In this document: positions 13,001-25,100 of the stretch, piece after piece
Layout: each line of letters opens with the position of its first letter
Numbering within the stretch: position 1 is the stretch's first letter
Source of the DNA: Mytilus edulis
Lineage: Eukaryota
Reading direction: 5' to 3'
Length of the DNA stretch: 64,000 bases
Assembly: GCF_963676685.1 (NCBI RefSeq)
Contig: NC_092354.1
Span: 64,170,001-64,234,000 of the forward strand
Translations under genes and position numbers: made by a program
Notes under the pieces: generated by a model
Told to the model about the DNA's origin: nothing
Database searches by the model: none
The model's input: only the letters and a program-made list of their open reading frames with translations

Positions 13001-13299
13001 TCTGGTCCCTGTAAGAGTTGTTTATTTAGAGACACACCCATATATGTAGCTGAACAGTCAAACACAATTCTAATTTTGTCTGGTTTCTGACTGTGGTAAA
13101 CACCAGGATGCGGGATATACCATACTCGTCCATCCTTTCTGTTGAACTGTTCCTTAGGGACGTGTTCCGTGTAACCTCTTTCTAACAGTTTGTCCATAAA
13201 ATCAGTATAGTCCTGTTTGAATTTAGGATTCTTGATAAACTTGTTCTTAAGACTTCTCAATCGCTGCTGGCCCTGGGAAGCATTTTTTGGCAGTTTCAC
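10019..13299 (-). pseudogene. BEL/Pao pol (RT, RNase H, integrase), frameshifted
   Basis: KIRIVFDCSA..GDIEAMFHQV..HLFGATSSP..YVDD; HCFSDAS..KSRVAP..IPRMEL; HHCC zinc finger, DFFGP, SDNGTN, GGVWERLIRSV; split over ORFs 12724-13299, 10655-12703, 10274-10630 and 10019-10252. Confidence 0.93.
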
Positions 13300-13342
13300 A
13301 TTGCTGTCACGGAAGGGTAGCGGAATGTAGTACTGTCCCTTC

Positions 13343-15769
13343 TCAAAATTTAATCATTAGTCGTTTAATGTTCTCGGAGTATTCCAGAATACGCATAGCT
13401 TCCATGTTTACAGCTGCATTTTCACATTCAATCAAAAATAAAGAGAAATCATCAAGTGACTTTGAATCTCCAGCTTGTATGGTAGGCCACTCTAGTGCTC
13501 TTTTAATGAATGCATTTGCAATAACTTCTGTATCTCCGTATCTTTCTTCTAACTGTTTGATTGCTGCACTATATGCATGTTCACCTATTCTATGGCTGAA
13601 TCCACTTTCTACTTTGCTTGCTTCGCCATATGTAAATTGTTCCAAATAAGTCATTTTCTCCTCCTCGTTATCTGTATTTGCAACTATTCTTGCTTGAAAT
13701 TGTCTATAAAACTTTCTGTATTCTAAAGGGTTTCCTCCAAATTTCTTAATATCCGGTGTAGGTTTTCGTAAGTGTTTCACTACTGCAGACATACTATTTT
13801 CCATTGTATTAGCCTGAATATGGTTCATATTTTCATCATGTTTAATGCTGGATATCACAGTCGTATTATGTTCATTTGTAGGTTCTTTCAAATGTGTGTT
13901 GTTTGCGGTAGATATAATTTTATTGACCTTTAGGGTTTTAACTGGTCTAATTTCGAGTACTTCTTTTATCTCGTTCTTTGGTACAAACGGTTTTGCCATT
14001 ACGCTATAATTCACAGCTGTTTTTTGTGCAGTGTCAGATTTCTTTGGTTTTGATTGTACTTTGGAAACGTGAGTACTACATGTACTATTTGATTCAACTT
14101 CAAGATTTTCATACTTGTCTAATAGTTTTGTTTTTGCATCTGCTATAGCGATATCGGTGTCAAGTTGCAATTCTTCTTCTTCTAATTTTAATTTTAACTT
14201 TGCTAATGTGATAGCCTGTTATTTTATGTATTTTGTATATTTTTATATTCTCAGTAATTGATATTAGTACATATTTGAATAAAGTTATATTGTTAGCTTA
14301 TTAATTACATTCTGTAATTAAGGATTAGTATTATGTGTTATTCTATTTTAACTTATTGACATGAACTATTGACGGACGAATTCTATTCTTATGCTTTGGT
14401 TAAGTCTGATTTCACTGTAGTTATTACTTTATTTTCACGGTTGATTTGAGCGCTTTCGGACATTTCTTCTATTGGTCAGTACTTTTGTTCTATATCTTAT
14501 GGGAAGACATCTTGTGGTCAACACCTATAATTTTACCTGTCTGCAAATAACAATCTATACAATAACAATTCTGTGATTTGGAGTTTCATAAATAAGGTCA
14601 GTCCTATATCTTTCTTTATAAACTTTGCAATAACTGTCCTATAGTTCATATTTTACACGTATGCATGTTGAGATTGAATGTCGAGAACGAGAGCTAAATT
14701 TCATAACAAAAGAGAACGTAAATATATATTAAAACATAAGAAGAGTTGAATTTTACGATCATATAAAATAATACTTCAATAACCTATTAAATCTGGTATA
14801 ATGATTTGAAGATAAAGTTTACATATAAATTGAATGATTGCGAGTGTCGAGTGGACCGAAAGAATGTTGTAATGTTTAAAGGTTAATCGAATTAAAGTAA
14901 ATCGATATAAGAACTGAAAATAGATATCTAGGTTAATATTGATTTTTACTATAAACAATAAACATTGCTTAACAAAGATTTATAATAAACATTTTTGTTA
15001 TACAGGTATATTTAAACCTTACTGTATTAAAGATATAGTGTGTAATATAGTTTATATGGAAATGTGCCACTTGCACGATATGTGAGGTAAGCTAAGTGTA
15101 TTTGTATTCTTGCTTCGCTTAGCTTTAGTTTTAAAAATTTGCTTTGCTTTTATTGTTACTTTTTGTGATTAGTTGCTATTTGATTTAACAAGCATGCAGC
15201 TTACGTTTTGTGTAGTTTAGATTATCAACATCAACAAGTATTGCTCAATAGACTTTGGTATGAGACAGCATATGAGAACATGTACTATAATAATTTAAAG
15301 TCGAATTGGTATAATTGTAATTGAGACAAGTAATTGCTATGGTATCCACATTATATATTTTTGTGATCAGATACATATGTATGCAGCTAAATAAGTTTGA
15401 TTATGCATTACGAACATTAGTTTTAATTATTATTACTTAGTAAACAGATTTATCTTTCTGTAATTTATAAGTACATTTATATTTTACAGGGCTTTATTTA
15501 CATTACCATATAGTATTGAACTTCGTTAGTCTGAAATAAAAGTTACAGAACCTTATTCAGAAGTTTAGTTTATTATTTACTAAAAGCCTCAAGAAACCGG
15601 CTTTTACACTAACTCAATGTCTTTCTTTCTTTTAAGTGCTGCCAATTTTGTCTCTAATTCAACTCGTTTTTGTTCTTCTTTTGACCTTTGCGATGATAAA
15701 CTTGATCTTGAAAGTGATGATCGTTTACTAATTACACTTTTTGACCTCAGTGTTTGTTTATTTACTTCG
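13343..15769 (-). pseudogene. BEL/Pao gag fragment, split by a solo LTR
   Basis: KFGGNPLEYRKF..KMTYLEQFTYGEA..LEERYG; frame restored (DIEL|AKLKL) after removing 14207-15612. Confidence 0.85.
14207..15608 (+). mobile_element. Solo LTR (1402 bp, probably Gypsy)
   Basis: TGTGATAGCC...GGCTTTTACA termini; 4-bp TSD CTAA at 14203-14206 and 15609-15612; AATAAA at ~15536. Confidence 0.85.
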
Positions 15770-15948
15770 TGGTATTCCTTATTTTCATCATAATCAAAGA
15801 TTTTCACCAAGCACGTTTCGTGCAAATTCCCTAAAGAGGTTCATTAAAGTAAAGGAAAAGTAACTTATCTCAAAATAGAATATCACTACTTACCAAAAAA
15901 TACAACAATAGGCAACAACGGTTTTTGTTCTCAAATTTGGCCGCTACA
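15770..15948 (-). repeat. Truncated 5' LTR of the BEL element
   Basis: 179-bp match to 9663-9841, then jumps directly into gag. Confidence 0.88.
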
Positions 15949-17309
15949 ACATCCATAGAATTTTTTACACTCCAAAAATAGTTTATACCACTATGTTCAT
16001 ATATTTCATTACAATAGTTTATGATAAGCTCTTTGATAGTAGTTAATGTCGTTGTTCTCCTGTTATATTTAATGCGTTTATTTATTGAACATATTAAAAG
16101 CAATTAAAGATTGGTTTTAGAACACTCACTAGAGGCCGAGATGAAACGATATTCAAATGGATTTTTTAATGTAGTTTAGGTAGCCAATACATAGTAGGGA
16201 CCTTCCAATGTTCAGAAGAAGCCTTAAGCTTTGATGTGGTTGTGATATGTTTGTTTACTATATGACTCTCTGTCATGTCTGTGGAGCGGATGTACCTGAA
16301 TGTAGATGAATTTAAAATTTCATTCTTAAAAACGTCCGTGTATTATTTACTGCATACCACCACCACATTGTTGGCTGCATTGTCGGCCGGTATAAACACA
16401 AACTGATTTGAAAGTTCTTGAAGTTTATTTCTTATTCTGGAAATATGTGTATAATTTACTCTTTTCTTTACTTCTAAATTATATTCAAATGTGATATTCT
16501 CTTATCTACGACATTCATACATTTATTTAAATAAAAATCAAGAGATTTTATCAGATTTTTCCCGTTTACACAACTTTTTACAAAACGAGGAAAGAGCATC
16601 TTTGGTGACTTGACGACAATCTATTTTAGACGAAGGACGATATTTTGGTCCTTTTTTCGCAAAGTTTTTAACCTCTCTGTGATGGACGATACTGAGGTCC
16701 CTGTAATAACATGGCCATAAGGAACATATCTAAACTTCGACAATTCACAGTTTCAATTTCAGGGAGTATTATTATCTACATTCACGTCTGATGTTACCGA
16801 CGTATAATCAAAAATTAAACTTCTGCGGGTTTTTTGTGTGTGTTTGAAATTATAGGTGGTTCTATGTTCATGATGTTATCAAAATAGAGAGATATAAAGT
16901 TTTGAACGGTGGAGTCGCATGATATACTAGATAAGTTGATAAAACCAATACCTCTGCTAATATATATTTAATTTTTAGAAAATGACGTTTACGATCTTCA
17001 GATTTGTCGATACGCGGGTGTTTTAAATGAATTCTTCTTTGATCATGTTGATAGAAGTATAACATGTCGAACTTCAGGGATGCACAACTAGTACCGTTGG
17101 AAAACAAACTGTGTTTTTAGATCATATGTGTTAAGTATCATTTCCCTTTAAGGTCAGTCCGTTATGCGCGGCACAGTAATTGGGTCTTTAAATGGTAAAT
17201 GTATGCTTGTATACATGTAGTTACTATTGACATTTCTTTTCTGATCCAATTGGCTTTTTTTGTTCAAGCTGTTTTTATCTAAATGTCACAGGCATTTGTC
17301 TCTTAGAAA

Positions 17310-17930
17310 ATAATATTTAATTAACTGTTTACAAAACTTCTGAATTTTTGAAATACTAAGGGGTTTTCCACCTCAGAAATAGAATACCTGAGCTGTATTT
17401 GGCAATTAACTTGTTGGAATTTTGGTTCTCAATGCTCTTCAACCTCTTACTTTATTTTGCCTTTTTAAGTTTTTATGGATTCGAACGCCACTGATGAGTC
17501 TTTTGTTGACGTAACACGCGTCTGGCGTAATTACAAAATTTAATCCTGGTATCTATGTTGAGTTTATTTACAAACACTGGATCGATCCTACTGCTGGTGG
17601 AGTTTTAATTCCCCGTGGGTATCACCAGTCAGTAGTCGGCACTTCAGTGCTGACATGAATTATCATTGATATGGTCATATTTATGAATTAACTGTTTACA
17701 AAACTTTTGAATTTTTGAAATACTAAGGGTTTTCTACCTCAGAAATAGATTACCTTAGCTGTATTTGCCAATTTTTTTGGAATTTAAGCCTCCATGCTCT
17801 TCAACTTCGTATTTTATTTGAACTATTTAACTGGTTTGGATTCGAGAGTCACTGATGAGTCTTTCGTAAACGAAACGCCCGTCTGGCGTAATTACAAAAT
17901 TTAATCCTAACATCTATAATGAGTTTATTT
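17310..17930 (+). ncRNA. Tandem non-LTR retrozyme (~1.7 units, 361-nt period) with two type I hammerheads
   Basis: CTGATGA cores at 17491 and 17852, each followed by stem II, GAAA (GTAA in the first copy), short stem III and GTC-tggcgt. Confidence 0.82.
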
Positions 17931-18637
17931 ATACCTTAACAAGTTAATAACCGGTTTATGTGCATATTGTTCAGAGATCATAAAGTTCGTGTGCTCACGT
18001 TTTAGACTCGTCAGTGTTTTACGTAAAATTATGGATATTTAAAGATGATCAAACATATATATAAGTTGTAATGTTGTACAAAAATTTGTACAAGTTATCA
18101 GTGTTTTATGAACTGCTTAGCATAAATGGATAATACAAGCACACAGTCTTTTGTTTCGTATATTTTTGTCATATTTTCACAACTTCATGATACAGACTAA
18201 TAATGAGCACTGATACAAAAAAACCACAAAAGGCTTTTTATGGATATGAATAGGGTATAAGGAGAATTGCCACTTGAAAAAAGCATTCAATGGATTGCAC
18301 TGAACAATACAGTAGAAAAATTTGTTTTCTATATTTCGATATTAATACATAAATATGTTCTCACTTAAAACAAAACATTGACCTTTCTTCTTTGTGTTTT
18401 TAAATTTACAAAAAATCGATATAATACCAGTATATTGTTAAATTCTGACAGATGTCAAGAATGATTTAATAAACAATTATCACACATAATTTACAATTCT
18501 ATACATTCAGTTGCTGTATACATTGCAAACTAATTTGAAATACGTTTGAATCTCGTATTTGTAGGTATAATTATTGATTTGTCTAAATTATACTGGTATA
18601 GATTTGCGAATGCTATCGCCTGTAAGTACTAATGAGA

Positions 18638-18840
18638 TACTGTGGATTCATTTATTATCGTGGATATAAATTTGTGTGGATTGCTGTAAACATATGCGTG
18701 GATATGTGATGCCGTTGTTTTGCCAATCTCTTTATTCAAAGTCTATTGAAAAATGTTATTCGTTGGAAGAATTCGTGGTTCACCAGAACCCACGAAACCC
18801 ACAAAATTTGGTGTCCAAAAAAACAAATGATTCCACAGTA
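18638..18840. mobile_element. Tc1/mariner-type MITE in the predicted 3' UTR of the VWA7-like gene
   Basis: TIRs tactgtgga...tccacagta with TA ends. Confidence 0.7.
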
Positions 18841-18916
18841 TGTCTCTGACAAAATATGAAACAAACCATCAAAATGTATTTTAGTAGCATTGCGAATAAG
18901 AATCATTGTCATAATC

Positions 18917-19138
18917 TTAAAATTTTTCAAGTCTATTGTGAAATGAAAAAGATATGTTTTGAACATTTCTTATTGGTTTGTTCTGTAGACCATTCCTTGA
19001 TGTGATGCAGTATTTCTTCTTTTTGTCCTTACGTCCGAAATATGTTTTAGTTATCACACCAATCAATATGACTATACATAAGAATATAACGCATCCACTG
19101 ACAGCTCCAATTACTACGTATGACTTGTTGGTGTTTGT
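18917..19138 (-). CDS. VWA7-like exon 20 (TM helix, cytoplasmic tail, stop)
   Basis: ttcag acceptor; VVIGAVSGCVIFLCIVILIGVI followed by basic RKDKKKK. Confidence 0.8.
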   Translation of the reverse strand, partial: TNTNKSYVVIGAVSGCVIFLCIVILIGVITKTYFGRKDKKKKYCITSRNGLQNKPIRNVQNISFSFHNRLEKF

Positions 19139-22100
19139 CTGAAACAAAGAAAAGTAGGAGTTTATAGTCTTATATGGCATATCGTCATTCAAGCTTGGAA
19201 TTTTTATTACGCCTTTTGCAATGCAAATTTTGGGATAATGTTTCCATTTATGAAGCACACATAAATGATTCAAAGTAAACCACATTTATCATCGACATAT
19301 TTGTAGAAACGGAGTATGTTTTTCTCAATCGATTTATGAATTTCGAACAGCGATATACTACTGTTGCCTTTATTTAATGTCAATGGAATAATTATATTAA
19401 TACATATCAACGAAGAATATCATGTATTTAAACTTACCTTTGAAGTTGATATGCATTTAACCGAGACATTAAAAGACTTGCAATCTTTACACACAATGTA
19501 ATTTGCTCAAACAAAGCTTAACTTCTTATGGAAAATGTTGTGAAAACATGAGAATACCTCGTTTTGTGCGTTCACAAGTGAGAGTTTTAGCGATAAAAAA
19601 AAACAGTTTTAATTCACCCTTTCCAACATAAGCAAATGCCTATACCAAGTCAGGAATATGACAGTTGTTGTCTATTCGTTTGAAGTTTTTTATCTTTTGC
19701 TTTTGCCAATTGATTAGGTACTTTCCGCTTTTAATTTTCCTCGGAGTTCAGTATTTTTTTTTTATCTTACTTTTTTCCCATGTGATACTTTATATTCCCT
19801 TATATTTTCCTATGCCTTTACTGAAATTAATATCAAGAGTTGCCTCCCGTACATTACGGATTTGACTTTTGCAGTGCTGAGAATAACTTGCGAGTTAATC
19901 TGAACTTTCAATCTTTAAGCGACAATTTCATCAGAAAACAGTAAAACTAACAAAAATTATATGAATTCCAACCAAGAATGAAATAGAAAACTGCGAATGC
20001 TAATACACTTAATCAAATAAAACAAAACCAATTACAATACCTGATAAGGCTACATAATGTCCCGACCAAGTGTAATGTTTATATTTACGTATAACGAAAT
20101 AAAGAATTGTACCCCTGAATATCTTAATTACTTTGTATGTTTTGTAAATCGCTTTGATTTAACATATTTCAGTCGAAGTCGAAGATAACAGAAAACATAT
20201 TGTTTTACTTTTTTTAATAATTTTATAAACAATACAGCGGTGTCTAGGTTTTATTGTAGGGCCTCCGTGACCGATACGTGTATTGTATCACTGGTCTGTC
20301 TCAACTGAGGTTGCAAGTTCGATTCCCGTAGGTGACAGGTGCGATCGACCCCAATCGTAATTCATTAGGATTTTCACTCTTCCTGAGGACAATCTCTTGT
20401 TTTCTTCGAGCACCTTAGATTCGTCCACAAAGTAAAATTGACCGTCATTATATAGCCATATTGGCTTTGGAAAATTAAAATTATTAAATTCTACTACAGA
20501 ACAGTGTTTGTCTAAATAATAATGAACAGATATTTAATGAATGAGTTGTTCGAATTATTCTAAATAAATCATCATGTTTTACCATCTGTACTAAATCTAA
20601 ATTTGAATTAAGTGTCTTCTTTTGATTAACAAAATACTTTACCTTATCCACGAGACAAATATTGGCATAAACGCGACACCACGTTTCATTTTTTTTTCAA
20701 ATGTTACTACTATCATACTATAACGATAATTGGTCGTCCCTTGCCTAAAACGTTTTAAATAGGAGTGATAACCCTTTAAGGAGGTAGACCTAGGTTAAGG
20801 GAAACAACTCTTAAAATCATCAGTACGTTTGTGTCAACCATTTTCAAAAACATATTCTAAGCTTCTAGGTTACATAGATTATTTTTAATCTGTTTCAGGT
20901 AAATGCTTAAAAAACATTGATGAACTTGACTTTTACAAACGCTTAACTGATTTAAAGAGTTATCTCCCTGAACCAATGTCTACCCCCTTAAATGAGAGAC
21001 AATTTACCGATTGAAAACATTCAAATCTCTCAAATTCATTTAGAAATGTACTGGCTACTTACAGGTGTAGATGGAATTAAAATAACATCCTCAACTGGAT
21101 CGACTGATTCAACTTCAAGTCCGTTAGATAGATCTAGTATGCAACGTGACATAAAGCCGTCAACATCGGTTGCATCAATTGTTATGTAAGGTGTACAACA
21201 TACACCACTAAAATACAAATAATACATTTAAGGAATAACTGTAATATTTGTTTTTGTCTATGAACATCAAACATGTGGTTAACCCGTGTAGAGTGTTATT
21301 TGAAAGTGGTCATCACATTCCTGATGTTATGTCGAATAGACAGTAAAAATCATTCCTAATGCAATTCAAATAAGGAAAAGATAATGATACAAAACGTTGA
21401 TGACGTCGCGGTCACATGACAGAATTGTGTCTATGAGCTGATAGACAAAACACTTTCAGCCAATCAGAAGACGTGTTATATCCAAAATTTAATTACTTAT
21501 GTATTATATGCACAAACATTCCAAATAGTGAGATCGTGAGTAAATATTTCAAAGCAATCAATATAAAAACGTTTTAAAGAAGAAAAAAGGGGAGCAACTT
21601 TGAAACTCCACATTTGTGTACTTTAAGTATTCACGTTAAGGATTGACATCTCGTTATTAATATGATTTCATCGTTGATTGCATTTAATACATTTCGTTCG
21701 TCTTAAACAATATGCTGACCGTTCATATGTCTACTCTCTGCTCTAGTAACCCACGGTGATTTTTGGCGAGTTCTTAATCTAGGTTATACCATGTGCAATT
21801 AAAGTATTTGTCACTGAATAATTTAAGTCTCGTCAAGAAACCTTTTAAAAAGGAACTATTGAATTGAACCGCGTTATTAATGTTCTGTTTTGTAGACTGG
21901 AGGCTCTGTAAGAAACAATACCTGACAATCAAAAAATAAGATATTTACCTTATATTGATTTTTAGGGGTCCTTCTGTAATGTCTGTTAAATTCTGATATT
22001 CCAAATGAACAGCTGAACCACCGGAAGACGATATGCTTTCAATTAATGTTCCACGAAAGTATAAGTTACTTTCAGCATACCAATTATATTTTGAACAATT

Positions 22101-25100
22101 TGCAGTATTAAGTGAAGGAATTTCACATTTGCCCATCACTGATACAACTTCACAGACTGGCCTCTCAGTTTTCGTTACCTAGAACACAATTTGAGAATAC
22201 CACATATTTGGAAAACAACTGTTACTTCGTACTTTTTATAATACATGTAATTTGTCATCTGTTTTACACGGACAAACAAACAAACAATGATACAACGGTA
22301 TATAACAAATGTTGCAACCTTCTAAATCTACTTGCATACATCAAATTAAAAACAAAAACATGAGAAAAGCATGAAAAGAGGACACTGTTATACTGCGAAT
22401 CACGCATCGGCTGTTTGAAACTAAAAATATGCTGACAATGTGGTATGGGCTTTTTGCATTGTTGAAGGCCATACGGTGACCTATAGTTGTTAATTTCTGT
22501 GTTATTGGTCTCTTGTGGAGAGTTGTCTCATTGACAATCATACCACATCTTCTTCTTTTTTTATATCAGCCAAAAATGAAGCAAAAAAGGAAGATTTTTA
22601 AAGATTTGACGACTATATTGATGTCTTTATGATAGAAATCGTAAACATTAATGTATCACAGGTTCAAATTAGGACTTGCGTTAAGGTTTTGTATACCGTA
22701 TCAAATAGCTTTTCATGTTTTTGTATAATATAGCTTTTCATTTTTTGTATAATATAGCTTTTCATTTTTTGTATAATATAGCTTTTCGTGTTTTTATATA
22801 ATTAACTATCACAATATGCAAGACTTAAAGTGCCAGATTTGGTTAATGATTTTCGCACGTGTTTGTCAGATTCCTGAAGTTTAAACACTTTTGTTTTCCA
22901 AACATATGGTAAAATATAAAATTAGGAAGCATGCTTTATATTACCTGAAACGTTGTTTACATCTTGACATTAAAAAAAACATGTTTAACCACGCCACATT
23001 TTTGTGCCTGTCTAAAATCAGGAGCCTCTGGCCTTTGTTAGTCTTGTAGGATTTAAGATTTCAGTTTTTTGTGTATGTTTCGGAGTTTAGTATGTCTTCT
23101 ATTATCACTAAACTAGTTTACATTGTCAGGACTTCGGCTGTTTTCGGCTCTTTGGTCGGATTTTTGTCTCTTTGACACATACCCCTCAATTTCATTTATT
23201 GATATATAATTGAATGGAATATTTGTCTTCGTATAAAATGCATTCCTTTGTAGTCGAAGTTGAGTAGCATTATATTAGACGTTTTTTTTATTTACTATTT
23301 GTACTTTTTAATTGTTTTGTTTTGTTTCCATTTTTTGGAGGGGGCACTATTTTATATTTTGATATTTTGGCATTTCAGGTGATAGTGTATATAAAAAAAT
23401 AAGATGTGGTATGATTTCCAATGACACAACTCTCCACAAGAGACCAAATGACACAGAAATTAACAACTATAGTTCACCGTACGGTCTTCAACATTGACCA
23501 AAGCCTATACCGTATAGCCAACTATAAAAGGCACCGAAATGACAAATGTAAAACAATTCAAACTGGAATATTAACGGCATAATTCATGTACAAAAAAGGA
23601 AACGAAAAACAAATATGTAACACTTCAACAAACGACAACAACTGAATATCAGGCTCCTGAGTTGGGACAGGCACATACATACAGAATGTGGCGAGTTTTA
23701 ACATGTTAGCGAGATCCCAATCCTTCACCATACCTGGGACAGTGGTGTAACAGTACAACATGAGAACGAGCTATAACAATCAGTTAAAATGGGCTTAACT
23801 CATAGTATATCCCAACCACACAAAGACAATAAGTACTGATCTGAGAGTACTAACAGCTAGTTCAAAGCCACAAAAAAACTAATACAAAATCATGCATCTA
23901 AGACTTTTTTTTATCAATTATGTTGGTTTTAATGCATGGTATCTATTGTATTTGGAGACGTCTATCCTTCCAGTAGTTAATCTCGACACGAAAAAGTTAA
24001 GGAATGTGGTATAGGGAAAATAACACAATTATTTGTCACCCCACATTGTGCTAAATGCTCTCTATCACACAGATTAAATGATTCTACTTCTAAGAAAGAT
24101 GGCTTAAACATATCATTCAAAAGACATATGTTATACAAAAAAAACCTAAATATTGCTAACTAAAAACAAAGCAGACGAAGTAATATGGAACGAATTCAGT
24201 ATCTCCTATATTAGAATGTAGGGACTGTTTTGCAAAATTTCATATTACTGCAATATTAAGGAAAAATTATTTCATAACCGACAATTCACATAAGTTATAA
24301 GGGTTGGATTTGCTTTGACTATATAGTAATGCTGTTTTATTTCATTAATTTTTTTATAGTATTTCACTTATTACAATTATAATGGATCTGAATGAATTCT
24401 TTCTTGTTTATATGTTCTATGCATAGCACTCTCACGACTCGAACAAATCGTCACAAATTAAATTAGATAATGAATTAAAAAGATAATAGAAGGAAATTAT
24501 GTGGCGTAAGTGCGAAAACCTTGTATTATTTGAAAAATGATAAAAACATAAGAAGGTTGAAAATGACTTGTGACGGCATCAGTGGTTTACGATATCCAAA
24601 TATCAAACTAAAACAGTAAATCGATTTAAGAGACAACCCAAGTTAACAACAAAGAAATGCGAAAGTACCCATATTAATCCTATATATATAGCAAAAAAGG
24701 TACATATATGTAATAAACGTAACTTTACTCAAATGATAACATTGTACTCAAAAGTTGTGGTCCGACTTACACAAAAGAAAACATTCTGGGCATAGCGCGT
24801 TAAATACAGTGATGCATTTCATCGCAAATCAAAACTGAACGAATATCTGCATGAACTTACCGATACCCTCTTTGTTATAGTTTGTCGTCGTTCTAACGTT
24901 GTATTCAGTTCTACCATTACTTGGTATGTTCTAAGTAAATGTAAAAAAAATAATGAATTTTCTGAAAATATAAGAGGAAAAGAAAATTTTAAATTACACA
25001 GTATTGTGTTCTATTATTATAAATCGATTGGGATTGAGTGCAGTTTTTATAATAAATCTTAATTTTTCTAACAGTTTACTTTTATAAAAAGAGACTTGGA

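Larger units (their letters stand above)
9310..15948 (-). mobile_element. BEL/Pao LTR retrotransposon, internally deleted
   Basis: TSD ACATC at 9305-9309 and 15949-15953; 3' LTR 9310-9841 preceded by PPT (aaggggctggaa); 5' LTR remnant 15770-15948; Pao-type gag and pol. Confidence 0.93.
7120..16865 (-). mobile_element. Penelope-like retroelement (probably Naiad-type), degenerate; interrupted by a retrozyme, a MITE and a BEL element
   Basis: 5' part 15949-16865 (GHVITG, KGPKYR, GINYFWSVKNSMDV); 3' part 7120-9309 (DSFDYSTLYTTLPH, GIPMGTNCAPFIADL, RYLDD, FLDGDVPL); no GIY-YIG after RT; 3' tail is the abundant gaagatgtggtatgattgcc repeat. Confidence 0.85.

Noticed and set aside
20259-20345. tRNA gene
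   Set aside because: Only a B-box is recognisable; no cloverleaf, and it continues into a SINE-like body
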